NCBI GenBank assembly: GCA_044868695.1
Contig: JBIOWP010000105.1
Location: forward strand, 31,740 to 95,739
DNA length: 64,000 bases
Reading direction: 5' to 3'
Source of the DNA: a bacterium
GTDB lineage: Bacteria > Sysuimicrobiota > Sysuimicrobiia > Sysuimicrobiales > Kaftiobacteriaceae
Under the pieces are notes generated by a model. It was not told the DNA's origin and did not search any database. It worked only from the letters and a program-made list of their open reading frames with translations. The first letter of the stretch is position 1. Each line of letters opens with the position of its first letter. The translations under genes and the position numbers were made by a program. Positions 63,191 through 64,000 of this stretch are shown here, in pieces.

Positions 63191-64000
63191 CCGGTACCGC
63201 CTCCACGGGAATCATGACGTCGACCCGTGTGCCGCTGCCGGGCCGCGAGAATACCTTCCACGTACCGCCGAGCAACTCCGCCCGCTCCTGCATCCCCATC
63301 AGCCCCATGCCTCGACCTTCGCGGCTGCGCGGGATAGCCGCGGGGTCGAACCCCTGACCGTCGTCCTGAACGCCAATGGTAATGTGGCCGCCGGACACCG
63401 TCACCTCCACCCGGGCGTGCGAGGCGGTGGCGTGCTTGAGCACGTTGGTGCATGCTTCCTGGACGATGCGGAAGACCGCCGTTTCCATGTGCGCTGGGAG
63501 CCGCTGTTCGAGTCCTGCGATAGAGAGGTCCACACGGAGCCCCTGCGGCTCCACGGCTTCCTTCACGTACCACCGGATGGCCGCGGCCAGCCCCAGGTCG
63601 TCCAGGATGGTCGGCCTGAGGTCATAGATCATCTTTCGAAGTTCGCCCAGGGTGTCTTCGGCGATGCCGCGCAGGCGGCCCAGACGGGTCTGCTCTTCAG
63701 GCGCCGCGGCCCGCTCGGCCACTTCCAGGTTGAGGATAAGGGCTGTGAGCGCCTGGCCGGCTTCATCATGGAGCTCGCGCGCGATCCGGCGGCGCTCGTC
63801 TTCATGCGCGGTGATGAGTTTCCGGAGCAGCTCGCCGCGCAGCAGCTCCTTCGCGCGCACTTCACCATACAGGCGCCCGCGCTCGGCGGCGAGGCCGATC
63901 TGATCGCCGATCGCCGACAGCGTCGCGAGCTCCCTGACGCTCAACGCCCTCCGGCGGGGCAGCACGAGGTTCATCACGCCGATCACGCCGCTCGCGCTGC
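63180..64000 (-). CDS. GAF + HisKA_3 sensor histidine kinase (N-terminus outside window)
   Basis: EDERRRIARELHDEAGQAL, LRPTILDDLGL, FRIVQEA.TNV.KHA, DDGQGF, GLMGMQER. Confidence 0.93.
   Translation of the reverse strand, partial: SASGVIGVMNLVLPRRRALSVRELATLSAIGDQIGLAAERGRLYGEVRAKELLRGELLRKLITAHEDERRRIARELHDEAGQALTALILNLEVAERAAAPEEQTRLGRLRGIAEDTLGELRKMIYDLRPTILDDLGLAAAIRWYVKEAVEPQGLRVDLSIAGLEQRLPAHMETAVFRIVQEACTNVLKHATASHARVEVTVSGGHITIGVQDDGQGFDPAAIPRSREGRGMGLMGMQERAELLGGTWKVFSRPGSGTRVDVMIPVEAVPVED

Overview
High-GC bacterial chromosomal window. Bases 1-8.4 kb are a Firmicutes-type core block (clpC, radA, PIN/TRAM yacL, fused ispDF, cysS, rlmB, sigH). This is followed by moaA, small genes and tRNA-Thr(TGT), and then about 52 kb of accessory metabolic and stress genes: an A1-type heme-copper oxidase operon with DoxX and two His-containing membrane proteins upstream, mntH, three USPs, a split GlcNAc-type PTS, deoC, an aeRF1-like (baeRF/Balon-type) protein, a CapA-like phosphoesterase, rbsDACBK, a P1B-4 ATPase, an ADP-forming acyl-CoA ligase, a UlaA-type PTS with nagA and SIS genes, a GT2/PIG-L fusion, a frameshifted mprF, an ECF sigma/anti-sigma/RseB operon, acnA, vapBC and a NarL/NreC-like two-component system. 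The main unannotated signal is an intergenic palindrome, ATCGGn-N6-nCCGAT. It recurs across the accessory region and sits 21-23 nt upstream of a TAnnnT -10 element at eight promoters, which suggests a DosR/NreC-like stress or low-oxygen regulon, probably run by the response regulator at the right end. Other oddities are a CysRS with KMSKS replaced by EMHRH, several unannotated small zinc-binding proteins (one behind a perfect LexA-type box), and dispersed heptamer/octamer and GGGTCTGACCC repeats. No CRISPR array, rRNA, integrase or transposase was seen. Taxonomy is an inference only: Firmicutes-like gene order together with an RseB-like gene fits a high-GC Bacillota relative or the Armatimonadota/CSP1-3 neighbourhood.
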